Source: Eubacteriales bacterium (GTDB taxonomy: Bacteria > Bacillota > Clostridia > Oscillospirales > CAG-382). From it: a stretch of DNA of 64,000 nt. The stretch is from positions 1,034 through 65,033 of the forward strand of contig JAQWDK010000008.1 of the NCBI GenBank assembly GCA_028705495.1, written 5' to 3'. Shown one piece after another: positions 16,055 to 25,582 of the stretch. The position numbers were made by a program, and so were the translations under genes. The notes beneath the pieces were generated by a model. That model saw only the letters and a list, made by a program, of their open reading frames with translations, was not told the DNA's origin and did not search any database. Numbering within the stretch: position 1 is the first letter of the stretch; every line of letters begins with the position of its first letter.

Positions 16055-16558
16055 TTAACCTAGTCGTTCTTTTATCTTCGCTTTATCGAGTGCAAGTGCT
16101 ACCGCGATATATATAACCGCACTACATACTGCTTGGACGAGGTTGGGTATCAAGTTTGCGAGAGGTGTCACAAAATTTGCTTCAATGGCTGCTTGTGCAA
16201 AGTAATAGCCGAATGTGGTTATAGGTAAGGCGACGATACAGGCGATAAGATTTCGTTTACCTAATAGTGTGGGCTTTTTGTTGGTGAACGAAATAACAAG
16301 CAGCGCTTTGATAACAAAGGTGAATGGAGCCCAAATCGCATATCCTGTCAAAATGTCAGCAAGAGAACCGCCTATTGCTGCGGCGATAATTGCATATGGT
16401 AGCGGGAGAAAGCTTGCCGCGATGTATATAAATGCGTCACCGATATGGATATATCCGCTGCTCCCGAGGCTAAATCGGGGAAGATAAGCTGTGGCAATGA
16501 AAATAAGTGCTGCGAAAAGTGCTGAGAGGGTTAGATGTTTTATTTTTTGCTGAGACAT
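16055..16558 (-). CDS. ECF-transporter S-component-like membrane protein (substrate unknown)
   Basis: 167 aa with 5-6 TM segments. LTLSALFAALIFIATAYL...IHIGDAFIY...GGSLADILTGYAIWAPFTFVIKAL resembles small vitamin-type S components. Confidence 0.55.
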   Translation of the reverse strand: MSQQKIKHLTLSALFAALIFIATAYLPRFSLGSSGYIHIGDAFIYIAASFLPLPYAIIAAAIGGSLADILTGYAIWAPFTFVIKALLVISFTNKKPTLLGKRNLIACIVALPITTFGYYFAQAAIEANFVTPLANLIPNLVQAVCSAVIYIAVALALDKAKIKERLG

Positions 16559-16578
16559 GGGGTACCGGCTTTCTTAGT

Positions 16579-17157
16579 TTAATCTTTTGTGTCGATTTTT
16601 TTCTTTTTAGAAGGTTTCAAAGATGGTAAAAATGCTTCTTTATCCGACCCGGCGAGCGCAAAAAAGGTCGCGGATAACAGTGTCGGAAGCAGTGACAGCA
16701 GTGCGTCAGCGATTGCAAGCCCTTCGCTTGAGGATGCATCGGGATTTGAGAAAATCATCAGAGAAACGCTGTAACAAATTCCGCTGATAAGAAGAAAAAC
16801 CGATAGCGTGAGGATTCGCTTATGGTTATATAATTTCCCTAATACCATTACAAAATGCAGGACTGATGTCACAAGAAGGAGAAGCTCGAACAAAAAGAAG
16901 TAAATAAAGTTAAGCCAGCTGTCTCTTGTAAATCCCCCGTAATAGGTTGCAATAACCAAAATCATATTCGACAGCGCAAGCAAAATCGCAAGAGCAGCAT
17001 AATAAATTCTTTTTGATGTCTTAAGACCCTTGACGCTGAAACAAAATCCAATTGCAACTGGATATAAAAGCAAAACAAGAATAATTATCTTATAGATTAT
17101 ATCTGTCATTAGAAGAAATCCATTCTGCCATTTTTGGCAAGTCAAAAATGTTGTCAC
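16579..17157 (-). CDS. hypothetical polytopic membrane protein
   Basis: 192 aa with multiple hydrophobic segments and a lysine-rich C-terminus. The true start may be the internal MTDIIYK. Confidence 0.45.
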   Translation of the reverse strand: MTTFLTCQKWQNGFLLMTDIIYKIIILVLLLYPVAIGFCFSVKGLKTSKRIYYAALAILLALSNMILVIATYYGGFTRDSWLNFIYFFLFELLLLVTSVLHFVMVLGKLYNHKRILTLSVFLLISGICYSVSLMIFSNPDASSSEGLAIADALLSLLPTLLSATFFALAGSDKEAFLPSLKPSKKKKIDTKD

Positions 17158-17263
17158 CGTTTTAGAGCATTTTTATTTTACCATAATACCTAACAGATTG
17201 CAAGATAATTTGATTTGCAGTCAATAAAACAAAAACTCCGAATTTTCGGAGTTTTTTGCTATG

Positions 17264-17506
17264 TTATTCTAAGGATTCAGCATTCAGCTCGAGGTAGTTT
17301 ACGACATCCCTTATTGTAACGAGATTTGGAAGGTCCTTTTCGTCAAAAGTCAGGTTGAAATGGTCCTCGCACAGCACGACTAAGTCGGCAAGTTCAAGGG
17401 AGTTAAACCCAAGATCATTGATGAGCTCAGCATCAAGGACTATATCCTTCTCGTTTATATTCATTTCATCGACCAATAGCGTTTTAAGACTGTTAAACAT
17501 TTTCAA
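17264..17506 (-). CDS. acyl carrier protein (phosphopantetheine-binding)
   Basis: 80 aa. LINDLGFNSLELADLV contains the Ser attachment motif. Confidence 0.8.
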   Translation of the reverse strand: MKMFNSLKTLLVDEMNINEKDIVLDAELINDLGFNSLELADLVVLCEDHFNLTFDEKDLPNLVTIRDVVNYLELNAESLE

Positions 17507-17520
17507 GACTCCTATGATAA

Positions 17521-19260
17521 TTAGATTTTATGCCGCATTATTTTTTGCGTTGTTGTTTTTTGGAACTCGTTCTTTTTTATCTCGATGTTGCGTATTTGCT
17601 TGAACAGCGGCAGCATCTTATTAATTGTAGCAATCTCGCTCTTTAACAGCTCGGAGATTTCTTCCGGTGTCTTACCTTCGAGAGCGACGTAGTCGGGGTA
17701 GATTAGAGCGGTTATAACGATATCGTTGGAGCTGTTTTCTTTACCGACAACGACAACCTCTTTTACAATCGATATGCGCGAGACATATTCCTCGATTTCT
17801 TCGGGGAAAACATTCTTACCATTATTGAGTACTATTACGTTTTTCTCTCTGCCCGTAATATAGAGATAACCATCTGCATCAACATAACCGAGGTCGCCAG
17901 TTATAAAATAGCCTTCAGTGTCAAAAACTTTTGCAGTAGCTTCCGGGTTTTTATAATAACCGAGCATAACATTGGGTCCGGTTACATGAATCTCACCGAC
18001 TTCGCCTGTGGGAAGTTCGTATTCTTCGCCGTTTTCGTTGTGACCAACAATTTTTATTGTACAGCCTATCGCAGGTATACCGACGGATTCTTTGCGGATT
18101 TTGTTGTAGGGGTTGACACTCACAAGCGGAGCGCATTCAGTGATACCATAACCTTGAGCGAGGTTGATTCCGATTTCATCGAATCGGTCAACCATATCAG
18201 GGTCAAGTCTTGCACCGCCGCAAATAATTTTATTTAACCTGCCACCGAATGCTTCGTTAATTTCTTTGAAAATAGGCTTACGGAGGTCGATCCCGATTTT
18301 TCTTGCCGCCTTTGTGATTTTTATACCAGTTGCGAAGGTTTTCTCTTTATTCTTCTTACGGATTTCATCACTAATCTTTTTGTAGATGGTTGTGACGAAT
18401 AGAGGAACAAGACAAAGTCCGGTTGGTTGAAATCTTTTAAAATTCTTGAGGACATATTTTAGTCCATTGTTAATGCAGACTGTCACACCGAGATAAATCG
18501 GTGTAAGAATGCCGCAACAGGTTTCGTAGGTATGGTGAAGGGGCAGAACTGATACAATCTCATCTTTGCTCGAAAAATCGACCATGTTTATTGCTGCATT
18601 TATACAAGCGAGGATATTTTTTTCCGAAAGCATAACGCCCTTGCTTGTACCAGTGGTACCGGATGTGAAGATTATTGCACACATCGCATTAATGTCATGG
18701 GTTGAATTAACAAAATCCAAATTTCCGGCATCCATTTCATTCTTTCCGAATTCAAGGAGAGAGGCGAATGAAAGCTCAGGGAAACTCGTATAATTTTCTT
18801 TTGTTATATCAATAAAGTCTGAATCTAAATTAATGAAGCAGTCAAGCTTTCTTAGTTTGGGCTTTATTTCATCAACAGTTGCTTTATATGCAGACGAATA
18901 AACTATTATGTCAGCTTCGGCAAGATTAATAAAGTTCGCAATTTCTTCTTTGACAAGCTCTTTGTCGAGTGGTATAACCACACCTCCGCCTACGATGGCT
19001 GTGATATACGACGCAATCCATTCGTAACGGGATTCAGACAGTATGGCAATACGCCTGCCGGGAAGACCGAGAGCGGTCAAAGCAGTTCCGAGACTGTTTA
19101 TAATCGAATAGAATTCGTTATAGCTGACGCTGGAAATATCGTCACTGGCTGTGACATATCGAAAACAGGCTTTATCTCCATATTTTGCGACGCTATCCTT
19201 CAGCATATCACGAAGGCTTTCCGGTTTCGGGTATTTTATTTTATAATACACGTTACTCAT
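17521..19260 (-). CDS. AMP-dependent synthetase/ligase (long-chain acyl-CoA or acyl-ACP synthetase type)
   Basis: 579 aa. Contains FTSGTTGTSKGV (A3 core), YGITE and GDLGYVDADGYLYITGREKN motifs. Confidence 0.85.
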   Translation of the reverse strand: MSNVYYKIKYPKPESLRDMLKDSVAKYGDKACFRYVTASDDISSVSYNEFYSIINSLGTALTALGLPGRRIAILSESRYEWIASYITAIVGGGVVIPLDKELVKEEIANFINLAEADIIVYSSAYKATVDEIKPKLRKLDCFINLDSDFIDITKENYTSFPELSFASLLEFGKNEMDAGNLDFVNSTHDINAMCAIIFTSGTTGTSKGVMLSEKNILACINAAINMVDFSSKDEIVSVLPLHHTYETCCGILTPIYLGVTVCINNGLKYVLKNFKRFQPTGLCLVPLFVTTIYKKISDEIRKKNKEKTFATGIKITKAARKIGIDLRKPIFKEINEAFGGRLNKIICGGARLDPDMVDRFDEIGINLAQGYGITECAPLVSVNPYNKIRKESVGIPAIGCTIKIVGHNENGEEYELPTGEVGEIHVTGPNVMLGYYKNPEATAKVFDTEGYFITGDLGYVDADGYLYITGREKNVIVLNNGKNVFPEEIEEYVSRISIVKEVVVVGKENSSNDIVITALIYPDYVALEGKTPEEISELLKSEIATINKMLPLFKQIRNIEIKKNEFQKTTTQKIMRHKI

Positions 19261-19479
19261 TTTAATTCCTTTCGTGCGACCGTTTTATGGTTAAAGCAAA
19301 AAAAGCGGCAGCATTTTTTTAACCATAAATTTATTATATAAGTTTTTTTCTAATTGTCAATACTGTTTGCAGTATTAATAATATGCCTTGTTTCAAAGGA
19401 AAGTATAAAAATCATAAATATTTTTACCATGATTGCGGAAAATATAATCAGTAAGAATATAAATAACCTTTCGGGAGGT

Positions 19480-19941
19480 ATGATGAATAACTTCAATAAA
19501 AACAAATACAAAAAATATGCAGAAAAACGCTCACAGCGCTCCAATGTTTTCAAAAACTGTGTGACAGCATTTTTCGGCGGTGGTGCAATTTGCCTTTTGG
19601 GTGAGATAATCTTCAGGCTGATTTCTTCAGCGGCAGTAGATACAATCAGCGAAGAAACCGCAAGACTGCTTTCTTCAGTTTCACTTATTTTCCTTACTGC
19701 ACTGCTTACGGGTCTTGGATGGTTTGACATCATCGCAAAATATATCGGAGCAGGCGCACTTGTACCGATAACAGGATTTGCAAATGCAGTTGCAGCAGCG
19801 GCAATAGACAACAAAAGCGAAGGATATGTGCCGGGAGTCGGAGCTAAGATGTTTATCGTTGCAGGGTCGGTTGTTGTTTACGGAGTGTCGTTGTCGATTT
19901 TATATGGGATTTTGTATTATTTATACACTATCTTATTTTAA
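19480..19941 (+). CDS. spoVAC: stage V sporulation protein AC
   Basis: KYAEKRSQRSNVFKNCVTAFFGGGAICLLGE...ITGFANAV is the SpoVAC pattern. Start chosen after GGGAGG; the track ORF starts further upstream. Confidence 0.85.
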   Translation: MMNNFNKNKYKKYAEKRSQRSNVFKNCVTAFFGGGAICLLGEIIFRLISSAAVDTISEETARLLSSVSLIFLTALLTGLGWFDIIAKYIGAGALVPITGFANAVAAAAIDNKSEGYVPGVGAKMFIVAGSVVVYGVSLSILYGILYYLYTILF

Positions 19942-19977
19942 AACGAAGCTCAAGATTGATGTGAAAGGAAAGAAATA

Positions 19978-20988
19978 GTGAGAGGAATTATAAAATTACC
20001 TGAAGCTGTATCGATTAAAAGCTCTGCTGCGATTGTGGGTAAGCTTGAGAACGAGGGACCGCTTGGAAAATATTTTGACATGCACGAAGACGACCTTTAT
20101 TTCGGGCAGGACAGTTGGGAAAAAGCAGAAAGTGAAATGAGCCGTCGAACGCTCGGGGTAATGCTTGGAAAAATCGGCAGAAAATATGAGGACCTTGATC
20201 TTATAGTTGCTGGAGACCTATTGAACCAATGTATCGCTTCAAGCTTTGGTATTCTTGAAAGCGGAGCGCCTTTCCTCGGATTATACGGAGCTTGCTCAAC
20301 CTTTGCTGAAAGCATAATAACTGGTTCTGCTCTATGTGCAGCAGGTTATATAGAAAACTGTGCCGCAATGGCAAGCTCGCATTTTTGTACCTCAGAAAGA
20401 CAGTTTCGTTTTCCCGTTGAATATGGTGGACAAAGAACACCAACATCACAGAGCACAGTGACTGGTTGTGGCGGATTCTTTCTTGAGCGTGGCAATGAGC
20501 CGCCGTTTGTAACAGAATGCGTTATCGGTAAGATAACCGATGCAGGAATTAAGGATCAAAATAACATGGGAGCTGCAATGGCACCTGCCGCAGCTGATAC
20601 AATACTCAGGTACTTCAACACAAGTGGTAGAAGCCCCAGTGAATTCGACATCATTGCAACCGGAGATCTCGGGCAGGAAGGACATGAACTTGCGGACGAA
20701 ATTATAAAGAATAACGGGCTTGACTTAGGCGATAAATTCAAAGATTGTGGATTTTTAATTTATGATCTTGCAAATCAGGATGTAAAATCCGGTGGTTCGG
20801 GTTGCGGCTGCTCTGCTACTGTTACTGCTTCGTATTTTATGGATATGCTCAAAAATGGATGGAATGATGTACTTGTCATCGGAACAGGTGCGCTGCTTTC
20901 TCCTGTGTCTGTGTTCCAAAAACAAAACATTCCTTCAGTCGCCCACCTTGTGCATATTTCGAATAAGAACCCGAAAGTGGGAGGTTAA
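19978..20988 (+). CDS. spoVAD: stage V sporulation protein AD
   Basis: 336 aa thiolase-like fold (GDLLNQ..., YGACST, GTGALLSP), positioned between spoVAC and spoVAE. Confidence 0.85.
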   Translation: MRGIIKLPEAVSIKSSAAIVGKLENEGPLGKYFDMHEDDLYFGQDSWEKAESEMSRRTLGVMLGKIGRKYEDLDLIVAGDLLNQCIASSFGILESGAPFLGLYGACSTFAESIITGSALCAAGYIENCAAMASSHFCTSERQFRFPVEYGGQRTPTSQSTVTGCGGFFLERGNEPPFVTECVIGKITDAGIKDQNNMGAAMAPAAADTILRYFNTSGRSPSEFDIIATGDLGQEGHELADEIIKNNGLDLGDKFKDCGFLIYDLANQDVKSGGSGCGCSATVTASYFMDMLKNGWNDVLVIGTGALLSPVSVFQKQNIPSVAHLVHISNKNPKVGG

Positions 20989-21029
20989 GATTAAAAGATA
21001 AATCTTTCAATCTCAAAACAAAGAAAGGT

Positions 21030-21404
21030 ATGGTCATAGTAATGTTTGTTGACTATTTAAAAGTTTTTGTAGTTGGAGGACTTTTTTGCGTTGTTGCACA
21101 GATACTCATAGACAAAACAAAGATGACTCCTGCGAGAATTCTTGTGGGTTATGTTTGTACCGGTGTTGTACTCGGTGCATTAGGTATCTATAAACCAATA
21201 CTCGAATTCGCAGGAGCAGGTGCATCCGTTCCGCTAACTGGCTTCGGTTATCAACTTGCCGAAGGTGTTAGAAGGCAGATTGAAGTAGATGGTCTTCTCG
21301 GTGCACTCACAGGTGGTATGAAGGCAACATCCGGTGGTATTTCTGCGGCAATTTTATTTGGTTTGTTGGCTGCAATCATATTTAAAAGTAAGCCGGTTAA
21401 ATAA
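21030..21404 (+). CDS. spoVAE: stage V sporulation protein AE (AEb type)
   Basis: About 120 aa membrane protein. VPLTGFGYQLAEGV is conserved in the SpoVAC/AEb family. Confidence 0.8.
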   Translation: MVIVMFVDYLKVFVVGGLFCVVAQILIDKTKMTPARILVGYVCTGVVLGALGIYKPILEFAGAGASVPLTGFGYQLAEGVRRQIEVDGLLGALTGGMKATSGGISAAILFGLLAAIIFKSKPVK

Positions 21405-21420
21405 AAGTTACGATTTCCTA

Positions 21421-21472
21421 TTGATATTTTCTGCTGAAATAGTATAATGGTTGCATATGCAACCATTATACT
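21421..21472 (+). promoter_or_regulatory. promoter overlapped by a perfect 32-bp palindrome (likely MarR operator)
   Basis: TTGATA (21421-21426), 16 nt spacer, TATAAT (21443-21448). The palindrome AGTATAATGGTTGCAT|ATGCAACCATTATACT (21441-21472) was verified base by base. Confidence 0.7.
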
Positions 21473-21522
21473 TATTGGCGTGAAATTTATGTAGCCGCTT
21501 CGCGGTAGATTGGTATTAAAAA

Positions 21523-21951
21523 ATGAGAGATTCTCCAATTAAACATATCAAAAATATAAATAAGCAGTTCGGCATTTTCCTTGATGGTAGGCTCAAAGAT
21601 TACGATATCAGCGCCAGGCAGTGCGCGTACATATTATCAGTGTCTGACAATCCCGGAATAACTCAGGATAAGCTCGCAGAACTTCTGTTTGTCAACAAAA
21701 GCAGTGTTACGCGACGTTTATCATGTCTTGAAGAAAAAGGACTAATCAGACGTGAGCTGAACTCCGCAGATTTACGGCAGATGCTTGTTTTCCCAACCGA
21801 GAAGGCGATTATGCTGTGTGGTCCAATCAAAGAGGCTTTCATCGAATGGGATGAAGCTGTAATTTCTCGACTCAAAGAAACGGATGAGGAACTTTTTCAA
21901 AAGCTAATTGCAAAAGTAGACAAAATTTCGGAGGAAGTAGCTGCGCTCTAA
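21523..21951 (+). CDS. MarR family transcriptional regulator
   Basis: 142 aa. ISARQCAYILSVSDNPGITQDKLAELLFVNKSSVTRRLSCLEEKGLIRR is a winged HTH. Confidence 0.85.
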   Translation: MRDSPIKHIKNINKQFGIFLDGRLKDYDISARQCAYILSVSDNPGITQDKLAELLFVNKSSVTRRLSCLEEKGLIRRELNSADLRQMLVFPTEKAIMLCGPIKEAFIEWDEAVISRLKETDEELFQKLIAKVDKISEEVAAL

Positions 21952-21969
21952 AGTGATAGCAAAAATTAA

Positions 21970-23682
21970 ATGAAAAGATACTTTCAATACCTAAAGCCCC
22001 AAATTTTCCCGATGTCTCTAGGCTTTATCGTTAAGTTTATCGGGACTATAATGGACTTGCTGCTTCCGCTTATACTCGCACATCTAATCGATGTAGTTGT
22101 GCCCGATAAAGATACAAAAGCGATAGTTATGTGGGGCATTGTGATGACATTAATCTCGATTGTAGCAATAGCCGGAAACATCATAGCAAATCGAATGGCA
22201 GCTAAGGTCGCAATGACCACAACCGCGCAAATAAGGCAGGATCTGTTCCGAAAAATTCTTTACCTGTCAAGCAGTAAAACTGATGAATTTACAATTCCCT
22301 CACTTGAAGCAAGACTTACAACCGATACATATAATGTCCATCATATGACAGGTATGATGCAAAGGCTCGGCGTGAGAGCGCCGATTTTGCTTGTCGGCGG
22401 ACTCCTTGTCACTGTCTCGATAGACCCTGTTTTGTCGCTGACGCTTGCATCAGTGCTACCCATTATCGGCTTTGCAGTTTATAAGATTTCTAAAAAAGGT
22501 ATACCTCTCTTCACTGAACAACAGAGCGGTGTTGACAGGATGATTCGAGTTGTTCGAGAAAACGCTGTCGGAGTCAGGGTTATTAAAGCTCTGTCGAAAA
22601 CAACCTACGAGCGTGAACGATTCGGTAGAGCAAATGAAAACCTCTCAGAGCGTGAAACAAAAGCGTCAATCACAATGGCACTGAGCAATCCGATAATGAA
22701 TTTTCTTTTCTATCTCGGACAAACAGCCGTAATTATTGTCGGAGCAATACGTGTTAATGCCGGAGTGCAGCAAGCGGGGACCCTTATTGCCTTTATTACC
22801 TACTTCACAATCATATTAAATGCAATGCTTTCAATCACAAGAATGTTTGTCGTCTACTCGAAAGCTGTCGCATCAGCTAACAGAATAAGTGAGGTGCTCG
22901 ATGCGGAGGATGAGCTGTTGCTATCACCTCCGAACATTATCACAAGCAATTACAAGATTGAATTTGATAATGTTTCATTTTCATACAATAAGAAGAAAAA
23001 CAATATAGAGAATATCAGTTTCGGTGTAAAACCAGGAGAAACACTTGGTATAATCGGTGCTACGGGTTGCGGTAAAAGTACCCTTATGAATCTTTTGATG
23101 CGCTTTTACGATATTGACAGCGGTGTGATACGCATTGACGGTCAGGATATAAAGAGCATCCCACAGGATATATTAAACTCAAAGTTCGGTGTTGTTTTTC
23201 AGAGCGATGCAATTTTCGCCGACACAGTAGAAGAAAATATCAGATTCGGAAGAAATATACCTCTCGAGGACATTAAAAGCGCGGCAAATATCGCACAGGC
23301 TGATTTTATAGATGGACTCGAAGACGGCTATGAGCGTATGCTGTCGACGAACGGCACGAATGTGAGCGGCGGTCAGCGGCAAAGAATTCTTATAGCCAGA
23401 GCTGTAGCAGGCGACCCGGAGATACTTATTCTAGACGACTCATCAAGCGCACTTGACTACAAAACAGATGCAAAGCTACGTAAAGCGCTCCATGAAAATT
23501 GTTCTGACACAACCGCAATAGTAATCGCACAGCGGATAAGCTCCGTTAGGAACGCTGATAAGATTCTTGTTATGGAAGATGGCAGAGCGGTTGGCTTTGG
23601 TTCACATGACGAGCTGATAAAAAACTGTGATGTTTATCAGAATATAGCAAAAACACAGGACGGAGTAGTAATTGATGAATAA
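21970..23682 (+). CDS. ABC transporter ATP-binding/permease protein (exporter half of a heterodimer)
   Basis: 570 aa with 6 TM segments plus an NBD. Walker A GATGCGKST, signature VSGGQRQR, Walker B ILILDD. Confidence 0.9.
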   Translation: MKRYFQYLKPQIFPMSLGFIVKFIGTIMDLLLPLILAHLIDVVVPDKDTKAIVMWGIVMTLISIVAIAGNIIANRMAAKVAMTTTAQIRQDLFRKILYLSSSKTDEFTIPSLEARLTTDTYNVHHMTGMMQRLGVRAPILLVGGLLVTVSIDPVLSLTLASVLPIIGFAVYKISKKGIPLFTEQQSGVDRMIRVVRENAVGVRVIKALSKTTYERERFGRANENLSERETKASITMALSNPIMNFLFYLGQTAVIIVGAIRVNAGVQQAGTLIAFITYFTIILNAMLSITRMFVVYSKAVASANRISEVLDAEDELLLSPPNIITSNYKIEFDNVSFSYNKKKNNIENISFGVKPGETLGIIGATGCGKSTLMNLLMRFYDIDSGVIRIDGQDIKSIPQDILNSKFGVVFQSDAIFADTVEENIRFGRNIPLEDIKSAANIAQADFIDGLEDGYERMLSTNGTNVSGGQRQRILIARAVAGDPEILILDDSSSALDYKTDAKLRKALHENCSDTTAIVIAQRISSVRNADKILVMEDGRAVGFGSHDELIKNCDVYQNIAKTQDGVVIDE

Positions 23683-25447
23683 ACAAGAATCGGCGCGACC
23701 GGAGGTCAAGCCAAATAGAAAATATGTTTTTCTCCGTCTTTGGAGATATCTATATAATTACAAATATCTTCTTGCGTTGGCATTTGTGCTGTCCATTGTC
23801 GGAAATGTTCTTGCGCTTGTAGGTCCGTATCTTGCAGGCAAAGCGATTGATGCCATCGGTGAGGTACCGGGGCTTGCGAAGATGGACGAGGTTTTCGGTT
23901 ATGCAGGGCTGATGATGTTATTGTATGTCATATCTACCGGGATTCTCTTTCTCTTGTCTGTTGTGCTTATTAAGCTAAGCCGTAAAGTTACATTTCAGAT
24001 GAGAAAGGATCTATTCAACAGGCTCACAACCCTTCCGGTTAGCTTTTTTGATAAAAACCAAACCGGTGATATAGTCAGTCGTATGTCATACGATATAGAT
24101 ACAGTAAACGCTTCCCTCTCAAACGATCTGCTACAGATTGCAAGAAGCGTAATAATCGTAATAGGATCATTTGCTATGATGGTAGCAATTTCCCCTGTAA
24201 TGGTGCTGATGTTTGTCGTAACAATCCCAGTTTCAGTGCTCTTTACGAAATATATGACAAAAAGGGTAAGACCCCTTTACAGAAAACGCTCCGCAAAGCT
24301 TGGAGAGCTAAACGGATATGCGGAAGAAATAATAAGCGGTCAGAAAATAATCAAAGCCTATAGGCGCGAGGAAGAATTCATCGAGCGTTTTGGAGTCCGA
24401 AACAAGGAAGCAGTTGACGCATACTTTAAAGCGGACTTCTATGGAAGCGCAGTCGGGCCTGGTATGAATTTTATTAACAATATATCTCTAACAGCTGTTA
24501 GCGTTATCGGTGCATTTCTTTTTCTTAATGGTGGTATAACACCGGGTAACCTTTCTTCTTTTGTGCTATATTCGAGAAAGTTCTCAGGTCCTGTCAACGA
24601 GATGGCGAACATTATCAGCGAGCTGCAATCAGCCATGTCTGCGGCGGAAAGAGTTTTCAAACTCATCGATGAAAAACCCGAACCGGAAGATGATACTGAT
24701 GCTCTTGTACTCTCGGATGTTAAGGGCAGCATTGAATTTGAAAATGTAAACTTCGGTTATGACCCCAACGTGACAATAATAAAAGATATGAGTTTAAAAG
24801 TCCAAGAAGGCGGAGTTGTCGCTATTGTAGGACCAACAGGTGCGGGAAAAACTACAGTAATTAACCTTTTGATGCGCTTTTATGACCCGCAGCAAGGAAG
24901 AATACTGATTGACGGGCAGGATATAAAGAAAGTAACCCGCGACTCCCTCAGACGCTCTTTCACAATGGTGCTTCAGGACACATGGCTTTTCGGCGGTACA
25001 ATTTTTGAAAACGTCGCATACGGAAGCGACTGCGCAACTAAAGAGGATGTAGAAAGGGTTTGCCGCGCGGCTAAAATACATACCTTCATTGAGAGTTTGC
25101 CGGAGGGTTACGATACAGTTGTAAACGAAGGCGGCATGAATATATCCAAAGGTCAAAAACAGCTCTTGACTATAGCGAGAGCGATGCTTGTCGATTCAAA
25201 GATGCTTATACTTGATGAAGCGACCTCAAATGTCGATACTCAGACAGAACAGCGTATCAGAGATGCGATGCTTGAGCTGATGAAGGGTAAGACGAGCTTC
25301 GTCATTGCCCATAGGCTTTCAACAATAATGAATGCAGACATTATACTTGTTATGAAGGACGGTCGTATAGTCGAAACGGGAAACCACAGAGAGCTGCTTG
25401 AGAAAAAAGGATTTTATTCCGAACTCTTTATGTCGCAATACGAGTAA
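23672..25447 (+). CDS. ABC transporter ATP-binding/permease protein (second half of the heterodimer)
   Basis: 591 aa. Walker A GPTGAGKTT, signature ISKGQKQL, Walker B MLILDEATS. Overlaps the upstream gene by 11 nt. Confidence 0.9.
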   Translation: MMNKQESARPEVKPNRKYVFLRLWRYLYNYKYLLALAFVLSIVGNVLALVGPYLAGKAIDAIGEVPGLAKMDEVFGYAGLMMLLYVISTGILFLLSVVLIKLSRKVTFQMRKDLFNRLTTLPVSFFDKNQTGDIVSRMSYDIDTVNASLSNDLLQIARSVIIVIGSFAMMVAISPVMVLMFVVTIPVSVLFTKYMTKRVRPLYRKRSAKLGELNGYAEEIISGQKIIKAYRREEEFIERFGVRNKEAVDAYFKADFYGSAVGPGMNFINNISLTAVSVIGAFLFLNGGITPGNLSSFVLYSRKFSGPVNEMANIISELQSAMSAAERVFKLIDEKPEPEDDTDALVLSDVKGSIEFENVNFGYDPNVTIIKDMSLKVQEGGVVAIVGPTGAGKTTVINLLMRFYDPQQGRILIDGQDIKKVTRDSLRRSFTMVLQDTWLFGGTIFENVAYGSDCATKEDVERVCRAAKIHTFIESLPEGYDTVVNEGGMNISKGQKQLLTIARAMLVDSKMLILDEATSNVDTQTEQRIRDAMLELMKGKTSFVIAHRLSTIMNADIILVMKDGRIVETGNHRELLEKKGFYSELFMSQYE

Positions 25448-25582
25448 TAAAAAACCGGGATTTTATCTCGGTTTTTTCTATTAAAAATCGCCCTATGCCA
25501 AATGCAAATATTGACAATTTCGAGTATCGATGATAATATAATGGTAGCGACACTCAACATTACTTTAATATATTGGAGATTT

